Source: Phoronis australis (lineage: Eukaryota > Animalia > Phoronida). From it: DNA of 64,000 nucleotides. Each line of letters starts with the position of its first letter. The first letter of the stretch is position 1. The stretch is taken from assembly GCA_002633005.1 (NCBI GenBank), contig NMRA01000426.1:65481-129480 (forward strand), given 5' to 3'. The translations under genes were made by a program, and so were the position numbers. Below, piece after piece: positions 62,597-64,000 of this stretch. Under the pieces are notes generated by a model. The model did no database searches, was not told where the DNA came from, and saw only the letters and a list, made by a program, of their open reading frames with translations.

Positions 62597-64000
62597 AATA
62601 ATGATTACTGTTAAAATATCTTGACCTCAAATGCAGTGTTCCAAGTAATGACGCAGTCGTCGATTAATGCACAGTAGAGTGTTGAAAAAATGAATGATAC
62701 CGTGACAGACAGAAGTACCGTTTTATATGACCGTGTGTATACTCAGCAGCGCCATCTATACACAAAACGTGATCAAATAAGTCAGTATATCTTCTATGGC
62801 TTCTCTAGAGACGCATTCTCAATTGCAAAACGCGAACTCGTGAAAATGTACATATGGACATTGTAGCAGTGAGAACCTTACATCAGGATGTATTTAAGCT
62901 TGGGTTCGTTATAGTTTACTTTTTGAAGATAATCTTAATTTCATACAAAAGACATCACCTCAAAGTACAATTCTCAGTGAAATAAAACTGGAAATAAAAA
63001 GCTCTCATTCACAAGCAAACATTTTTGTTAAAATTTAAGTTTACATGACTAAATAGCTCTCATCTAGGATCACTTTGTAACATGCAGTTGTACGACTTCT
63101 CTAAAAAAATGTACAGTGTATCCTATTTCAGTTTTGACTGTAACTACTCATCACGAAATTGGTCTAAAATTGTTTCTCAACCAAATAAGAGATGAATTGT
63201 GAGATTGTTATTGCTCAAGACCCGGCCATGCAAACTGGCTTGTTACAGTGGATTACTTCATTTGCCAAGCATAATCTCTGCCAACAACAAAATGTTATTT
63301 TTCCAAGTCCACGAACCACACCTCACATGAGGTACGAACAAGTCACTACTAGTTTTACAGCATAAGTGGTATAGTTCCTGCTTTGTTGATGGAGGACAGG
63401 CTCATAGCCACTTCATGTAAGCCTGCTATAATCTCAGTAATCACTAGTGCAGGCAAGAAAATCTCTGAACAAGGGTACAAGACCACAGACTAACAACTCT
63501 GAAAATTCTGTTCCAGGCAAAACCATTGGTTCAGGTTTCAGGCTGGAATGGTTTCTTTTGACTTTTTAATACTGCAACTTGTCCTTCCTAATTAACATAA
63601 TTAAAAGGTCATCCAATGGTGTTCATCCATTGGTTCAACTGCAAAGATTCATCTCAGATAACTATATAACTATTCCAGTTTTGTGATTTTGCCTTAATTT
63701 AAAAACGCTAAATGCACAAGGCCAACAATATTGAGTGCACTGAAATATCAGGGGATCATCTCCTTGATATGACACAATTACTCACTAGTGACACCTGGTG
63801 AGTATCTGATTACATGGAAATAGTGATTGGTACATGAAGCCCTTCACACAGACCAAAGCAGAGCCTGTAGTAGGACAGTCACATATAACATCCTAAAGTT
63901 GTCAAACTTTGGTCTACAAACAAAGGATGAATGGACCAGCACAAACTTAACTTACTGCGAGTAAAACACCGTCTATAGAACGATACACACTTTATTCCCA

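Larger units (their letters stand above)
61254..63638. repeat. ~1.17-kb tandem duplication across an N gap, covering exon 1 and the promoter
   Basis: 61254-62428 matches 62464-63638 with substitutions and small indels. Confidence 0.9.

Overview
Eukaryotic genomic DNA from a draft assembly, most likely a bilaterian invertebrate. It is AT-rich, has three N gaps (7639-7936, 47140-47812, 62429-62463) and four single Ns. Only one host gene is supportable: a 6-exon, minus-strand myophilin/Mp20/transgelin-like calponin-family gene (CDS 61386 to 55637, 194 aa, all introns GT-AG, frame checked by hand) with a TATA box and an Inr-like core promoter. The rest is a dense, often nested mobile-element landscape. 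It includes DINE-1/HINE-type rolling-circle elements whose ~145-bp central repeats each carry a CTCF-consensus-like motif; TA-TSD Tc1/mariner-like elements carrying decayed HIRAN-like coding remnants; TTAA-TSD Kolobok-like, hAT-like, PIF/Harbinger-like, P-like and CACTA-like MITEs; decayed CR1/L2-type LINEs; an RNase H-bearing LINE; Penelope remnants with hammerhead-like pLTR motifs; a tRNA-derived SINE; and many minisatellites. Two ~1.2-kb tandem duplications abut Ns and are probably haplotype or assembly artefacts. Most short ORFs in the supplied track are spurious. All family assignments come from recognising motifs by eye; no database search was run.
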